From positions 12,507-76,506 of the forward strand of contig JAZLEZ010000008.1 in NCBI GenBank assembly GCA_045615505.1: DNA of 64,000 bases, in the 5' to 3' direction. The translations under genes were made by a program, and so were the position numbers. Below the pieces are notes generated by a model. The model saw nothing but the letters and a program-made list of their open reading frames with translations. It ran no database searches and was not told where the DNA came from. Shown piece by piece: positions 49,601-58,647 of the stretch (positions are counted from its first letter, which is position 1; each line of letters opens with the position of its first letter). This DNA is from Sphaerochaetaceae bacterium (lineage in GTDB: Bacteria; Spirochaetota; Spirochaetia; Sphaerochaetales; Sphaerochaetaceae).

Positions 49601-50927
49601 GCTCAAAGGCCTGAATTCCGAGACGATGCAATGTAGGAGCTCGGTTCAACATAACAGGATGCTCTTTTACAACCTCATCAAGCACTGCCCATACTTCGTT
49701 TGCCTCCTGTTCAACGATGGTTTTTGCCCTCTTGACATTTGAAGCAACACCGCTCTGAACAAGCTTCTTCATAAGGAACGGCTTAAAGAGTTCCAAAGCC
49801 ATCTTTGAAGGAAGCCCGCACTGATGAATTCTTAATTCAGGACCGACAACAATTACCGAACGACCTGAATAGTCAACACGCTTTCCGAGAAGATTCTGTC
49901 TGAATCTTCCCTGCTTTCCCTTAAGCATATCCGAAAGGGATTTCAAAGGTCTGCTGTTTGCACCCTTTACTGCACTTCTCTTGCGTTTTGAATTATCAAA
50001 GAGAGAATCTACAGCTTCCTGCAACATTCTTTTTTCATTTCTGATGATGATGTCAGGAGCATGCAGGGCAATCAAACGCTGCAGACGGTTGTTTCTGTTA
50101 ATCACTCTTCTGTAGAGATCATTGAGGTCACTTGTTGCAAATCTTCCGCCGTCAAACTGAACCATAGGTCTGAGATCCGGTGGGATTACAGGAATGACAG
50201 AGAGAATCATCCATTCCGGCTTATTGTCACTTGCAAGGAAGCTTTCTACAACTTCAATTCTCTTGAGAAGCTTCTTGTCGGCTTTCTCGCCCTTTTCTCT
50301 CATTTTTTCTCTCAGTTCTTCACTGATTTTCTTGAGATCAAGACTTGCAAGAAGAGTTCTGATTGCTTCAGCACCCATGCCTGCCGTAAATGTATCACCG
50401 AGTTTTTCTCTGAGAGCAATGTATTCTTCTTCCGTAAGAAGCTGGAGAGACTTCAGCTCAATTGTCTTATCCGGACCGATTTCAATCTGCTTGCCCTTGT
50501 TTTCTTCACCCGGATTGATAACGATGTACTTCTCGTAGTAAAGAACACTCTGCAATGCGTTTCTTGAAAGGTCTAGCAGGTACCCCATTCTTGAAGGAAC
50601 TGATCTGTAGTACCAGATATGTGAAACAGGAGAAGCCAATGTAATATGACCCATTCTTTCACGACGGACCTTAACATTGGTAACTTCAACACCGCAACGG
50701 TCACATACGACACCCTTATAACGGATACTCTTGAATTTACCGCAGTAACATTCCCATTCCTTTGTAGTTCCGAAAATCTTTTCACAGAAAAGACCTTCTC
50801 TCTCAGGTCTGAGAGTTCTGTAGTTGATGGTTTCGGGCTTTTTAACCTCACCGTAAGACCATGCTTTGATCTGTTCAGGCGAAGCCAGCTTAATCATTAC
50901 ACTATCGAAATCCTGAATTTCTTTCAT
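46656..50927 (-). CDS. rpoC: DNA-directed RNA polymerase subunit beta'
   Basis: Zn finger '[23 protein letters not shown]', catalytic '[12 protein letters not shown]', and a trigger-loop region with a large lineage-type insertion. Confidence 0.97.
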   Translation of the reverse strand: MKEIQDFDSVMIKLASPEQIKAWSYGEVKKPETINYRTLRPEREGLFCEKIFGTTKEWECYCGKFKSIRYKGVVCDRCGVEVTNVKVRRERMGHITLASPVSHIWYYRSVPSRMGYLLDLSRNALQSVLYYEKYIVINPGEENKGKQIEIGPDKTIELKSLQLLTEEEYIALREKLGDTFTAGMGAEAIRTLLASLDLKKISEELREKMREKGEKADKKLLKRIEVVESFLASDNKPEWMILSVIPVIPPDLRPMVQFDGGRFATSDLNDLYRRVINRNNRLQRLIALHAPDIIIRNEKRMLQEAVDSLFDNSKRKRSAVKGANSRPLKSLSDMLKGKQGRFRQNLLGKRVDYSGRSVIVVGPELRIHQCGLPSKMALELFKPFLMKKLVQSGVASNVKRAKTIVEQEANEVWAVLDEVVKEHPVMLNRAPTLHRLGIQAFEPVLVDGKAIKLHPLVCHAFNADFDGDQMAIHVPLTQAAQLECWTLMLSATNLLDPANGKPIVYPSQDMVLGINYLTREKENDLGQGRYYNNLDEIRMAIENNVLSYNAKIGYTLPDGYRFSYPKDPEDYTTPGRLLFAEELPSVDGITFVGDLNRCFGDKDLKKLIGKVLNLTTNSTVCKLVDAIKDVGYKYATVFGATIGLSDMIIPDAKKEIIDAANRKQTEVLNQYHHGQISQEERYNTLISTWSEANEKLADKLMEDMERSQNGFNPLFLMADSGARGSKTQIRQLGGMRGLMAKPNGDIIEFPIKSNFKEGLSIIEFFISTNGARKGLSDTALKTAEAGYLTRRLVDISQDVVVNEDDCGTINGIERSAIKDEDSDEIIASLSERITGHYTLEDVINPATGEIIVPIDHEISDEEAKKIEAAGVEKVFVRSVLTCEAKHGVCRKCYGRNLATNGPVRVGEAVGIIAAQSIGQPGTQLTMRTFHVGGTASTSAEANKVAFKYDIILDKITGNTVHREADEAEHISAADVFTRKGNIFYRSIIDEKAKKYGPQEKISARTGAELHVKEGQIVRAGEPIITFDPFSEPIIAESDGMIQFVDLISGTTLIKEVNEETGTIGYRVTEHVIESAEPALQIIGEDGMPCKDEKGKEISYLLPGSSYILVQDGELVKKGHIIAKLLTAGAKTKDITGGLPRVGELFEARKPRNVAVLAAVSGEVKFGKVIKGKREIDVTDEIGRVHKHMILLGKHILVRDGDYVEAGERLCDGNINPHDILAILGENKLQQFLLNEVREVYRLQGVDINDKHLGIVVRQMLRKIEIKRVGDSKFILGQRVDKFRFHEENARVLAGGGQPAVGCPCLLGITHASLSIDSFVSAASFQETTRVLTNAAISGSKDELRGLKENVIIGHLIPAGTGMKCYRDVKLKDEALLREAELQLQEHREEMSRDDDLSDIPEELGLDEEYIDEEDFSSEDMDEE

Positions 50928-50945
50928 TTTTCCAGCTCCTCCCTA

Positions 50946-53900
50946 TCAGTTCTGACCTTTTTTATTGATAATTTCTTCATCTCTTTCCGTGAGAGCAACC
51001 TGCTTACCCTTTGAGTCGTAAACACTCATATCAAGTGCAAGTCCTCTGATTTCCTGAACAAGTACATTGAATGCTTCAGGCATTCCGGCATTTGTCGAAG
51101 GCTCTCCCTTGACGATGCTTTCATAAATCTTTACACGACCGTTCATATCATCACTCTTGATGGTAAGCAGTTCCTGCAATGTATTTGCAGCACCGTATGC
51201 TTCAAGGGCCCAGACTTCCATTTCTCCAAGTCTCTGACCGCCGAACTGAGCTTTTCCACCGAGAGGCTGCTGAGTAACCAGTGAATAAGGACCTGTACTT
51301 CTTGCATGCATCTTATCATCAACAAGATGATGAAGCTTGAGATAATAGATATAACCGCAGAATACCTTATTTACAAAAGGAACACCCGTTCTTCCGTCGT
51401 AAAGTGTAACCTTTGAAGTTTCAGGAATTCCCGCTTCAATGCATTTCTTCTCAATCTGTTCCATTGTTGCACTCTGGAAAACAGGGGATGAATACCATTC
51501 ATCAAGCTTTACCGCAGCCCACCCGAGCTGAGTTTCCATAAGCTGTCCGATATTCATTCGAGAAGGTACACCAAGCGGATTCAGACATACATCAAGAGAT
51601 GTACCGTCTTCCATATAAGGCATATCTTCAATCGGAAGTATTCTTGAAACAACACCTTTGTTTCCGTGACGACCGGCCATCTTATCACCCTGCTTGAGTT
51701 TTCTCTTGGTAGCAATAAGAACCTTAATCGTTTCATCAACTCCTGGAGGAAGTTCATCGGAATCGCTCTTTTTGAGTCTCTGAACATCAATGACTATACC
51801 TTCTGTTCCGTGAGGCACTTTAAGTGAAGTATCTCTTACTTCCTTAGCTTTTTCACCGAAGATTGAATTCAGAAGTTTGAATTCAGGTGTTGTATCGGTA
51901 TCACTTTTCGGAATTACTTTACCGACAAGAATGTGTCCCGGATAAACCATTGTCCCTATGTTTACAATACCTTCTTCGTCAAGCTTCTTTGTCATATTGT
52001 CGCCGACATTCGGAATATCCTTTGTAAGGCGTTCAGGGCCGAGCTTTGTTTCACGGACATCTGTTGTAAATTCCTTGATATGAATTGATGTATAAATATC
52101 TTCTTTAACAACACGTTCCGAAATGAGAACAGCATCTTCGTAGTTGTATCCGTTCCAAGGAACAAAACCTACAAGAAGGTTTCTTCCAAGGGCAAGATCT
52201 CCGCGGTCAGTTGCAGGACCATCAGCAATGACATCTCCGGCCTTGACTTTCTGGTTATAACTTACAATAGGAGTTTGCGTGAAACAAGTATCATTGTTTG
52301 TTCTCTGGAACTTCTGAATCTTGTAGCTGTCAATCTTGGCAATAACTACTTCGTTCGGAGTTATAGAAAGAACATAACCTGTAACAGATGCCTTGAGGTC
52401 ACGCTTGTCAACGATTCTGTTTCTGTCGGTTTTTTCCTTTACATCCGTAACAACAGAATCTTTTGCATAAACAAGCTGACCAACATTAACATTGACTGTT
52501 CTAACATATTCCGGAAGAAGAACAGGTATTTCCTGTCTGACAACTTCGGATTCAGGAGCAACAACAACAAGTTTGTCGGAGGCATGAATTACAACACCGC
52601 TTCCGTTAGGTTTGACGGCAGTTTTGTCATTCTTTGCAAGTGTTGTACTCTTCGTAACCTTATCCGCAAATTTTACGGAAACTTTTGCACCATCAACATC
52701 GTAAACATCAGTTGTTTCAGGAGCGATTACAATTTTTGTCGATGAGACATAAATGACAGTTCCGCTGTGTTCCGCCTTTACAAGAACACCTGAATCATAA
52801 GCTGTCTTATGCTCCATTCCGGTTCCTACCCTCGGAGCTTCAGGGAAGATGAGAGGTACAGCCTGACGCTGCATGTTCGAACCCATAAGAGCACGGTTGG
52901 CATCGTCATGTTCAAGGAACGGAATAAGAGAAGCGGCAACGGATACAACCTGCTTAGGTGAAACATCCATGTACTTGATTTCCGAATCACCTGCACGGCG
53001 TGTTGTATAATCACCTCTGTTTCGTACAGGAATATCGTTTTCAGCAAATGTTCCGTCTTTCTTGAGCTTTGCATTTGCCTGTGCGATAAAGAACTTTTCT
53101 TCATCATTGGCATCAAGGAATCGGACTTCTTTCGTAACCTTTCCGTCAACTACCTTTCTATAAGGAGTTTCAAGGAAACCGTACTTGTTGATTCTTGTAT
53201 AGTTTGCAAGAGATACGATAAGACCGATATTCGGTCCTTCAGGTGTCTCAATAGGACACATTCGTCCGTAGTGAGTATAGTGAACATCTCTGACTTCAAA
53301 TCCGGCACGGTCACGGTTAAGACCGCCGTTACCCAGAGCAGTAAGTCTTCTCTTGTGTGTGAGTTCTGCAAGCGGATTTATCTGGTCCATAAACTGTGAG
53401 AACTGAGAAGATGCAAAGAAATCTTTGATTGCTGCAACAATCGGCTTGTTGGAAATAAGATCCTGCGGCCTCAAACCGAGTTTCTGGTCATCCTGAGTTG
53501 CATTCATTCTTTCCTTTGCAGTTCTTTCCATTCTTGAGAAAGCTGCCTTGAGCTGTTGCTGGAGAAGTTCTCCTACACATCTCACTCGTCTGTTTCCGAG
53601 ATGATCAATATCATCAATGTTTTCCTCGTGGATGTAAACTCTGATGAGGTATTTCATAGTATTGACGATATCGTCCGGAGTCAGAGTTGTGAGGTTTTCG
53701 TCATAAACAGCATTCTCTTCACCGGCATGGAACTTTTTCTGAAGCTTATATCTTCCTACAGCTCCGAGATCATAACGTCTCTGAGAGAAGAACATTTCAT
53801 TGAGTTCTCTTTCTCCTCTTTCAACTGTGATGATTTCACCCGGCATAAGAACGCCGTAAATTGTGGTAAGAACATCTTCCTTCGTAGGTTCATCACTTAC

Positions 53901-54872
53901 TTCAGGTCTGGTGTACTTAGCCTCTTCCATAGCGAAACAATTGAATATCATTTCACTGTGGAGTGAATCCTCGGCTTCGAAATCCGCAATCTCAATTTCC
54001 TTAATACCAAGCTCAATCATATGCTCGATATCAACAAGGAGAAGCTTTGTTCCGGCCTGAAATTCTTTCTTCTTTATTTTCTTACCGTTTTCTTCAACTT
54101 CAATGAATATATCTTTGGCAGGATACTGTCCCTCAAGGGCAGACTTATGCTCATCATCGTTAACAAGCTTGACTTTCTTTGACTTGTAGAACGCTTCAAT
54201 GATTTTTTCACGAGTGTTGATACCTATTGCTCTGAGGAAGAGAGTTCCGAGAATTCTCTTCTTTCTGTCAATCTTTGCGGCAATTACATTTCTCTTTTCA
54301 TCAATTTCGAATTCAAGCCATGAGCCGCGGTAAGGAATTATTCTGGAGGAGTAAACACTCTTGTCCTTTTCGCTTGAACCAGTACTCTTCTCGTAAGAGA
54401 AAATAACACCGGGGCTTCTGTGAATCTGGCTTACGACTACTCTTTCAGCACCGTTTACGACAAATGTGCCTCTTTCAGTCATAAGAGGAATATCGCCTAA
54501 AAATATTTCTTTCTCTCTCAGTTCATCTGTGGCTGAAAGAGAAAGGCTGATAACAGCTTTGAGAGGAACACTGTATGTGCGTCCCTTCTTCTTACAATCA
54601 GTTTCGTTGTATTTTATGTTGTCGTAATCCAAAGAGTATGACTCGTAACCGAGAGTAAGCTCTCCATTAGGGCCTTCAATAGGAAATATCGATCTGAAGA
54701 CTTCTTCAAGTCCGCATTTCGGATCAAGAGCATCTCCGGCAAGAAGTTTCTTGCTCTGCAGAAAACTTTCATAGGACTCTTTCTGAATTCCGATTAAATC
54801 AGGGAGCTCACATACTTCTTCAAAGTCGGCTCCGATATATGATCTGTTGATAGGTTTGCTTTTGGCAACCAT
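50946..54872 (-). CDS. rpoB: DNA-directed RNA polymerase subunit beta (1308 aa, with an internal triplicated module)
   Basis: Contains '[21 protein letters not shown]', '[14 protein letters not shown]' and '[15 protein letters not shown]'. Confidence 0.97.
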   Translation of the reverse strand: MVAKSKPINRSYIGADFEEVCELPDLIGIQKESYESFLQSKKLLAGDALDPKCGLEEVFRSIFPIEGPNGELTLGYESYSLDYDNIKYNETDCKKKGRTYSVPLKAVISLSLSATDELREKEIFLGDIPLMTERGTFVVNGAERVVVSQIHRSPGVIFSYEKSTGSSEKDKSVYSSRIIPYRGSWLEFEIDEKRNVIAAKIDRKKRILGTLFLRAIGINTREKIIEAFYKSKKVKLVNDDEHKSALEGQYPAKDIFIEVEENGKKIKKKEFQAGTKLLLVDIEHMIELGIKEIEIADFEAEDSLHSEMIFNCFAMEEAKYTRPEVSDEPTKEDVLTTIYGVLMPGEIITVERGERELNEMFFSQRRYDLGAVGRYKLQKKFHAGEENAVYDENLTTLTPDDIVNTMKYLIRVYIHEENIDDIDHLGNRRVRCVGELLQQQLKAAFSRMERTAKERMNATQDDQKLGLRPQDLISNKPIVAAIKDFFASSQFSQFMDQINPLAELTHKRRLTALGNGGLNRDRAGFEVRDVHYTHYGRMCPIETPEGPNIGLIVSLANYTRINKYGFLETPYRKVVDGKVTKEVRFLDANDEEKFFIAQANAKLKKDGTFAENDIPVRNRGDYTTRRAGDSEIKYMDVSPKQVVSVAASLIPFLEHDDANRALMGSNMQRQAVPLIFPEAPRVGTGMEHKTAYDSGVLVKAEHSGTVIYVSSTKIVIAPETTDVYDVDGAKVSVKFADKVTKSTTLAKNDKTAVKPNGSGVVIHASDKLVVVAPESEVVRQEIPVLLPEYVRTVNVNVGQLVYAKDSVVTDVKEKTDRNRIVDKRDLKASVTGYVLSITPNEVVIAKIDSYKIQKFQRTNNDTCFTQTPIVSYNQKVKAGDVIADGPATDRGDLALGRNLLVGFVPWNGYNYEDAVLISERVVKEDIYTSIHIKEFTTDVRETKLGPERLTKDIPNVGDNMTKKLDEEGIVNIGTMVYPGHILVGKVIPKSDTDTTPEFKLLNSIFGEKAKEVRDTSLKVPHGTEGIVIDVQRLKKSDSDELPPGVDETIKVLIATKRKLKQGDKMAGRHGNKGVVSRILPIEDMPYMEDGTSLDVCLNPLGVPSRMNIGQLMETQLGWAAVKLDEWYSSPVFQSATMEQIEKKCIEAGIPETSKVTLYDGRTGVPFVNKVFCGYIYYLKLHHLVDDKMHARSTGPYSLVTQQPLGGKAQFGGQRLGEMEVWALEAYGAANTLQELLTIKSDDMNGRVKIYESIVKGEPSTNAGMPEAFNVLVQEIRGLALDMSVYDSKGKQVALTERDEEIINKKGQN

Positions 54873-54904
54873 TATGTACCCCCGTAATGTTAGGTGGTTT
54901 AATG

Positions 54905-54946
54905 ACAGAAAATCCTCCCGTACCCGGGAAATCCGGATTCGGGAGG
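54905..54946 (-). terminator. rplL-rpoB intergenic hairpin (partial terminator/attenuator)
   Basis: On the minus strand: CCTCCCG-19 nt-CGGGAGG followed by ATTTTCTGT. The position matches the classical rplL-rpoB attenuator. Confidence 0.55.
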
Positions 54947-54961
54947 TTTCAGTTTGACAAA

Positions 54962-55339
54962 TTACTGAAGTTCAACTACGCAGCCTTCAGCTTCAAGTTT
55001 TGCTTTCATATCTGCAGCATCAGCCTTGGATACAGCTTCTCTTACCTTTCCGCCGTTTTCTACGAGTTCTTTAGCTTCCTTAAGTCCGAGTTCAGGTACA
55101 CAAGCTCTGACAGCCTTAATAGCACCGATCTTCTTTGCAGGGTCAAAAGACTTGAGAACTACATCGAATTCTGTCTTTTCTTCTACAGGTTCGGCAGCTG
55201 CAGCAGGACCGGCAGCAACAGCAACAGTTGCAGCAGCGGCTGTTACACCAAACTTTTCTTCCATAGCCTTAATAAGGTCGGAAACTTCCATTACAGTCAT
55301 GTTAGCAATGGCTTCAAGCATTTCTTCTTTTGTAATCAT
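54962..55339 (-). CDS. rplL: 50S ribosomal protein L7/L12
   Basis: ORF 54962..55360. I moved the start to the ATG at 55339 ([32 protein letters not shown]), which has an AAGGAGAAG RBS. Confidence 0.95.
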   Translation of the reverse strand: MITKEEMLEAIANMTVMEVSDLIKAMEEKFGVTAAAATVAVAAGPAAAAEPVEEKTEFDVVLKSFDPAKKIGAIKAVRACVPELGLKEAKELVENGGKVREAVSKADAADMKAKLEAEGCVVELQ

Positions 55340-55408
55340 ATTATCTTCTCCTTTTTTCATTTTTTTTCATAACATTCGTAGCAGATTACTGTCTGAAGAC
55401 TAAGAATG

Positions 55409-55969
55409 TTAATTTTCAGTTTTTTCTTCAGCAACCGGTGCATCAACAGGCTTTGCCCCGCCTTCTGCTTCAAGTTTTTCCTGATAAGCAAGCAATGTAG
55501 CAGCAAGCTTCTGAACAGGAGCCTTCAAAGTAGCCATAAAGATACTGATAAGCTCAAGTCTGCCAGGAAGTTTTGCAAATTCTACTGTCTGAGCAGCATC
55601 AAAATGCTGACCGTCAAGAAGAGAACCTCGTACCTGAAGCTTGTTGTTGGTTTCCTTTGCTGTTTCCATAACAACTTTAGCAACTGCGTTGTGATCATCA
55701 CCCTTGGCCAGTACTACTACTGTAGGTCCGACCATATGAGCATCAAAACCGTCATGTCCGAGTTCCTTGAATGCAATCTTTGCATAACGGTTCTTGATGA
55801 CACGACAAGCTGCTTCCTTTGTTCTCAGTTTCCTACGAAGATCTGTAATCTGAGAAACAGTAAGACCACGGTAATCTGCGAAAATGAATCCGGAATACTG
55901 ACTGAATTCGTCCTTGAGCTGCTTTACAGCGGCTTCTTTAGTTGCGTTAACTTTTGTCTGATAATCCAT
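55409..55969 (-). CDS. rplJ: 50S ribosomal protein L10
   Basis: The 'FIFADYRGLTVSQITDLRRKLR' block lies between rplA and rplL. Only 12 nt separate it from the rplA stop. Confidence 0.93.
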   Translation of the reverse strand: MDYQTKVNATKEAAVKQLKDEFSQYSGFIFADYRGLTVSQITDLRRKLRTKEAACRVIKNRYAKIAFKELGHDGFDAHMVGPTVVVLAKGDDHNAVAKVVMETAKETNNKLQVRGSLLDGQHFDAAQTVEFAKLPGRLELISIFMATLKAPVQKLAATLLAYQEKLEAEGGAKPVDAPVAEEKTEN

Positions 55970-55981
55970 ATTTCACCTCTC

Positions 55982-56662
55982 TCACAGAAGTTCCTTGACA
56001 TCTAGCATGACGCCAGGGCCCATAGTTGAAGCAATAGATGTACTTACAACGAAATCACCTTTTGCATCTGAAGGTTTTCTTTTGTAGATTTCCTTAATTG
56101 CAAGAACTGCGTTTTCTGCAATCTGTTCTGCATTCATTGAAACCTTACCGATAGCCATGTGAACAACACCCGTCTTATCAGAACGGAATTCAGTTCTACC
56201 CTTCTTAAGTTCAGCAAGGGCTCCCTTAATATCCATTGTGACAGTCTGAGTCTTAGGGTTAGGCATAAGACCTCTTCTTCCCAAGATAGGACCGAGACGT
56301 CCTACATCCTTCATCATGTCAGGTGTAGCAACAGCTACATCAAAATCCATCCAACCCGAACGAACCTTTTCAATCAGCTCAGCATCACCTACATATGCTG
56401 CACCGGCATCCAAGGCTTCCTGAGCCTTTTCACCCTTTGCAAATACGAGAATGCGCTTTTCAGCTGCGAACTGGTTAGGAAGAACTACAGTATCTCTGAC
56501 ACTCTGGCTCTTTTTGAGCTGAAGCTTCATATGAAGTTCAACAGTTTCATCAAACTTTGCAAAAGCTACTTCCTTAACGAGAGCAGTTGCTTCGTTTACG
56601 GTGTAAAGCTTTTCTCTGTCTAACTTTTTTACTGCTTCCTGATACTTTTTACCACGCTTCAT
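55982..56662 (-). CDS. rplA: 50S ribosomal protein L1
   Basis: '[15 protein letters not shown]...', '[31 protein letters not shown]'. Confidence 0.95.
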   Translation of the reverse strand: MKRGKKYQEAVKKLDREKLYTVNEATALVKEVAFAKFDETVELHMKLQLKKSQSVRDTVVLPNQFAAEKRILVFAKGEKAQEALDAGAAYVGDAELIEKVRSGWMDFDVAVATPDMMKDVGRLGPILGRRGLMPNPKTQTVTMDIKGALAELKKGRTEFRSDKTGVVHMAIGKVSMNAEQIAENAVLAIKEIYKRKPSDAKGDFVVSTSIASTMGPGVMLDVKELL

Positions 56663-57087
56663 TTCTCTACCTCCACTCCCATGCTTCTAGCTGTACCTGC
56701 AATGATACGCATAGCAGCGTCGATATCGTTGGCATTCAAGTCAGCCATCTTTGTCTTTGCAATTTCTTCACACTGTGCTTTTGTAAGTGTTCCGACCTTC
56801 TGTGTATTAGGTACACCGCTGGCCTTATCAAGATGGAGAGCCTTCTTGATGAGAACTGCTGCAGGAGGTGTTTTCAGAATGAAAGAAAAAGTCTTGTCTG
56901 CGTAAATTGTCAATACGACAGGAATGATCAGTCCGGGTTCATAGCTCTTTGTTCTGTCATTGAACTGCTGAACGAACTGAGGCGCGCTGACACCGTGTGG
57001 TCCGAGAGCCGGTCCGATAGGAGGGGCCGGTGTAGCCTTCTGGGCTGGGCACTGCAATTTGAGAATTGCAGAAATTTTCTTTGCCAT
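56659..57087 (-). CDS. rplK: 50S ribosomal protein L11
   Basis: '[33 protein letters not shown]'. The stop overlaps the rplA ATG. Confidence 0.96.
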   Translation of the reverse strand: MAKKISAILKLQCPAQKATPAPPIGPALGPHGVSAPQFVQQFNDRTKSYEPGLIIPVVLTIYADKTFSFILKTPPAAVLIKKALHLDKASGVPNTQKVGTLTKAQCEEIAKTKMADLNANDIDAAMRIIAGTARSMGVEVEK

Positions 57088-57339
57088 TTTTTTCTCCTTA
57101 CGTAGCTGAGCCTCGCCTGAGTTGGCGGAAAATCAGACTCCTACGCTGGTAATAACGCCTGTCATACGATCAGGCTCCCACCTTTCCGGTCTTTCTTATC
57201 CCGATATCTCCGAACAACCGCTAGCTTGTAGTTCTCGCATATCAGGCATCAAACTCCCGGAGAGGAGTAATCAACTATGCAACAGGATGTATGTCATTCT
57301 GCTTGCCGGGCAACACCCCGATACCCGACAAAGGCATCG
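57088..57339 (-). promoter_or_regulatory. Long structured rplK-rplA leader with a candidate L1-binding (23S L1-stalk mimic) element
   Basis: The 252-nt nusG-rplK spacer is relatively G+C-rich. The minus-strand RNA contains AGGUGGGAGCCUGAUCG...ACCAGCGUAGGAGUCUGAUUUUCCGCC (~57125-57185), which resembles my recollection of E. coli 23S H76-78 (AGGUGGGAGGCUUUGAAG...GCCAGUCUGCAUGGAGCCGACCUUGAAAUACCACCC). Confidence 0.45.
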
Positions 57340-57900
57340 TCAAAGCTTTTCAGCTTGGGTAAACTCGATATCAACCGGAGTCGGACGACCGAAGATTTCA
57401 ACTGAAACCCTGATGCGGCTCTTCTCGAGATTAACCTCTTCAACAACACCGGTAAAACCGGAAAACGGACCGTCAGTAATTTTGACAGTCTCGCCTTCTG
57501 TAAAGTTCTGTTTAGGTCTGAAGGTCTTTTCTGCCTTGATTTCTCCTGTTTTCTGAAGGATGACATTCATTTCTTCCTTTGAAAGCGGAAGCGGTCTGGC
57601 AGATCTGGATGAAGTAAGGAAACCTGTTACGCCCTGTATTCGCTTGATTTGTGTTGTATAGTTCTTCCACGAATCATCTTCCGGAAGATCCAACTCAACC
57701 AGAATGTAACCCGGGAGAACCTTACGCTTTGATTCTTTTCTGACTCCGTCTTTTGTTTCGACAAGGGGTTCAAAAGGAACCTTTACATCAAGACACACTG
57801 CAGCAAAAGATGAATCCTGAGACATAAGATTGTGTATCAGGCGTTCTATCTTCTGTTCGTAACCCGAGTAAGTATGTACTGCGTACCAGCCTCTTGCCAT
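57340..57900 (-). CDS. nusG: Transcription termination/antitermination factor NusG
   Basis: 'MARGWYAVHTYSGYEQKIE' (NGN domain) and the C-terminal KOW 'FTEGETVKITDGPFSGFTGVVEEV'. Confidence 0.95.
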   Translation of the reverse strand: MARGWYAVHTYSGYEQKIERLIHNLMSQDSSFAAVCLDVKVPFEPLVETKDGVRKESKRKVLPGYILVELDLPEDDSWKNYTTQIKRIQGVTGFLTSSRSARPLPLSKEEMNVILQKTGEIKAEKTFRPKQNFTEGETVKITDGPFSGFTGVVEEVNLEKSRIRVSVEIFGRPTPVDIEFTQAEKL

Positions 57901-57912
57901 ACAGAATGCTCC

Positions 57913-58092
57913 TTAGAAAATAAGGTAAACGACCTTGAGAAGAAGGAAATCAACCAAGCCGAGAAGTACAGCAAAGAAAATTGTTGTAATAATGACCAGC
58001 TTTGTTGATGAAAGAATTTCCTGCTTGTTCGGCCAAGCAACCTTTTTCATTTCAAGACTGCATTCTTTAAGATACTTAAAAAGTTTCTTCAT
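57913..58092 (-). CDS. secE: Preprotein translocase subunit SecE (single-TM form, 59 aa)
   Basis: Too short for the ORF track. Hand translation gives MKKLFKYLKECSLEMKKVAWPNKQEILSSTKLVIITTIFFAVLLGLVDFLLLKVVYLIF*, directly upstream of nusG. Confidence 0.85.
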   Translation of the reverse strand: MKKLFKYLKECSLEMKKVAWPNKQEILSSTKLVIITTIFFAVLLGLVDFLLLKVVYLIF

Positions 58093-58116
58093 AAAAAACT
58101 CCTAAACAGAGAATAT

Positions 58117-58190
58117 CAGGGCAGGAGGGATTCGAACCCCCAACACCCGGTTTTGGAGACCAGTGCTCTAACCGTTGGAGCTACTACCCT
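58117..58190 (-). tRNA. tRNA-Trp (anticodon CCA)
   Basis: Hand-folded cloverleaf: acceptor AGGGUAG/CUGCCCU, D stem GCUC/GAGC, anticodon stem-loop CUGGU-CUCCAAA-ACCGG, T arm GGGGG-UUCGAAU-CCCUC. CCA is not encoded. Confidence 0.85.
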
Positions 58191-58201
58191 ATCTCTATTT
58201 G

Positions 58202-58378
58202 TTATTTAACCTTTGTTTCCTTGTGCAGGGTGTGTTTGCGGTCAAACGGACAATACTTCATCAGTTCGAGCTTGTTAGGATTGTTTCTGCGATTCTTCTC
58301 TGTTGTGTAATTCTTTCTGTGACATTCTTCACACTGAAGGGCAATTTTCTCAACAGGAGTCTTCTTTTTGTCTCCCAT
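58202..58378 (-). CDS. rpmG: 50S ribosomal protein L33
   Basis: Too short for the ORF track. Hand translation gives [58 protein letters not shown], with a GAGGAGA RBS. Confidence 0.9.
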   Translation of the reverse strand: MGDKKKTPVEKIALQCEECHRKNYTTEKNRRNNPNKLELMKYCPFDRKHTLHKETKVK

Positions 58379-58431
58379 AATCTATCTCCTCACGGCATAA
58401 AGCCGATTATCTATTCTTTTCTACAAAGCAG

Positions 58432-58504
58432 AGCCCTCGGGCGGATTTGAACCGCTGACCCCCACCTTACCGAGGTGGTGCTCTACCGACTGAGCTACAA
58501 GGGC
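58432..58504 (-). tRNA. tRNA-Thr (anticodon GGU)
   Basis: Hand fold: acceptor GCCCUUG/CGAGGGC, D arm GCUC-AGUCGGUA-GAGC, anticodon arm CCACC-UCGGUAA-GGUGG, T arm AGCGG-UUCAAAU-CCGCC. Position 33 reads C in my fold (see findings). Confidence 0.75.
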
Positions 58505-58535
58505 AGTCTCTCGGCGTAGAAATGCGCAATGGTCA

Positions 58536-58564
58536 ACTTAACAAAAAAAGGTCAAGTATGTCAA
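58536..58564 (-). promoter_or_regulatory. Candidate sigma70-type promoter for the tRNA-Thr/rpmG/tRNA-Trp/secE/nusG transcription unit
   Basis: On the minus strand: TTGACA (58559-58564), a 17-nt spacer, then TTAAGT (58536-58541), about 30 nt upstream of the tRNA-Thr 5' end. Confidence 0.4.
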
Positions 58565-58647
58565 TAAACACAGATAATTTAATCTAACATTTTTGCAAAT
58601 CTGCATCAGTCTATACTTTTAATAATTAAAATGCTATAAAAGTCTCT

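Noticed and set aside
55406-57105. Plus-strand ORFs 55406..56005, 56159..56623 and 56587..57105.
   Set aside because: They are antisense to rplJ, rplA and rplK, whose translations are unmistakable. They are shadow ORFs.
57122-57566. ORFs 57122..57556 (+) and 57294..57566 (-), which cross the rplK leader.
   Set aside because: Both run from non-coding leader into the nusG 3' end in the wrong frame or strand, without an RBS. The region is better explained as structured RNA.
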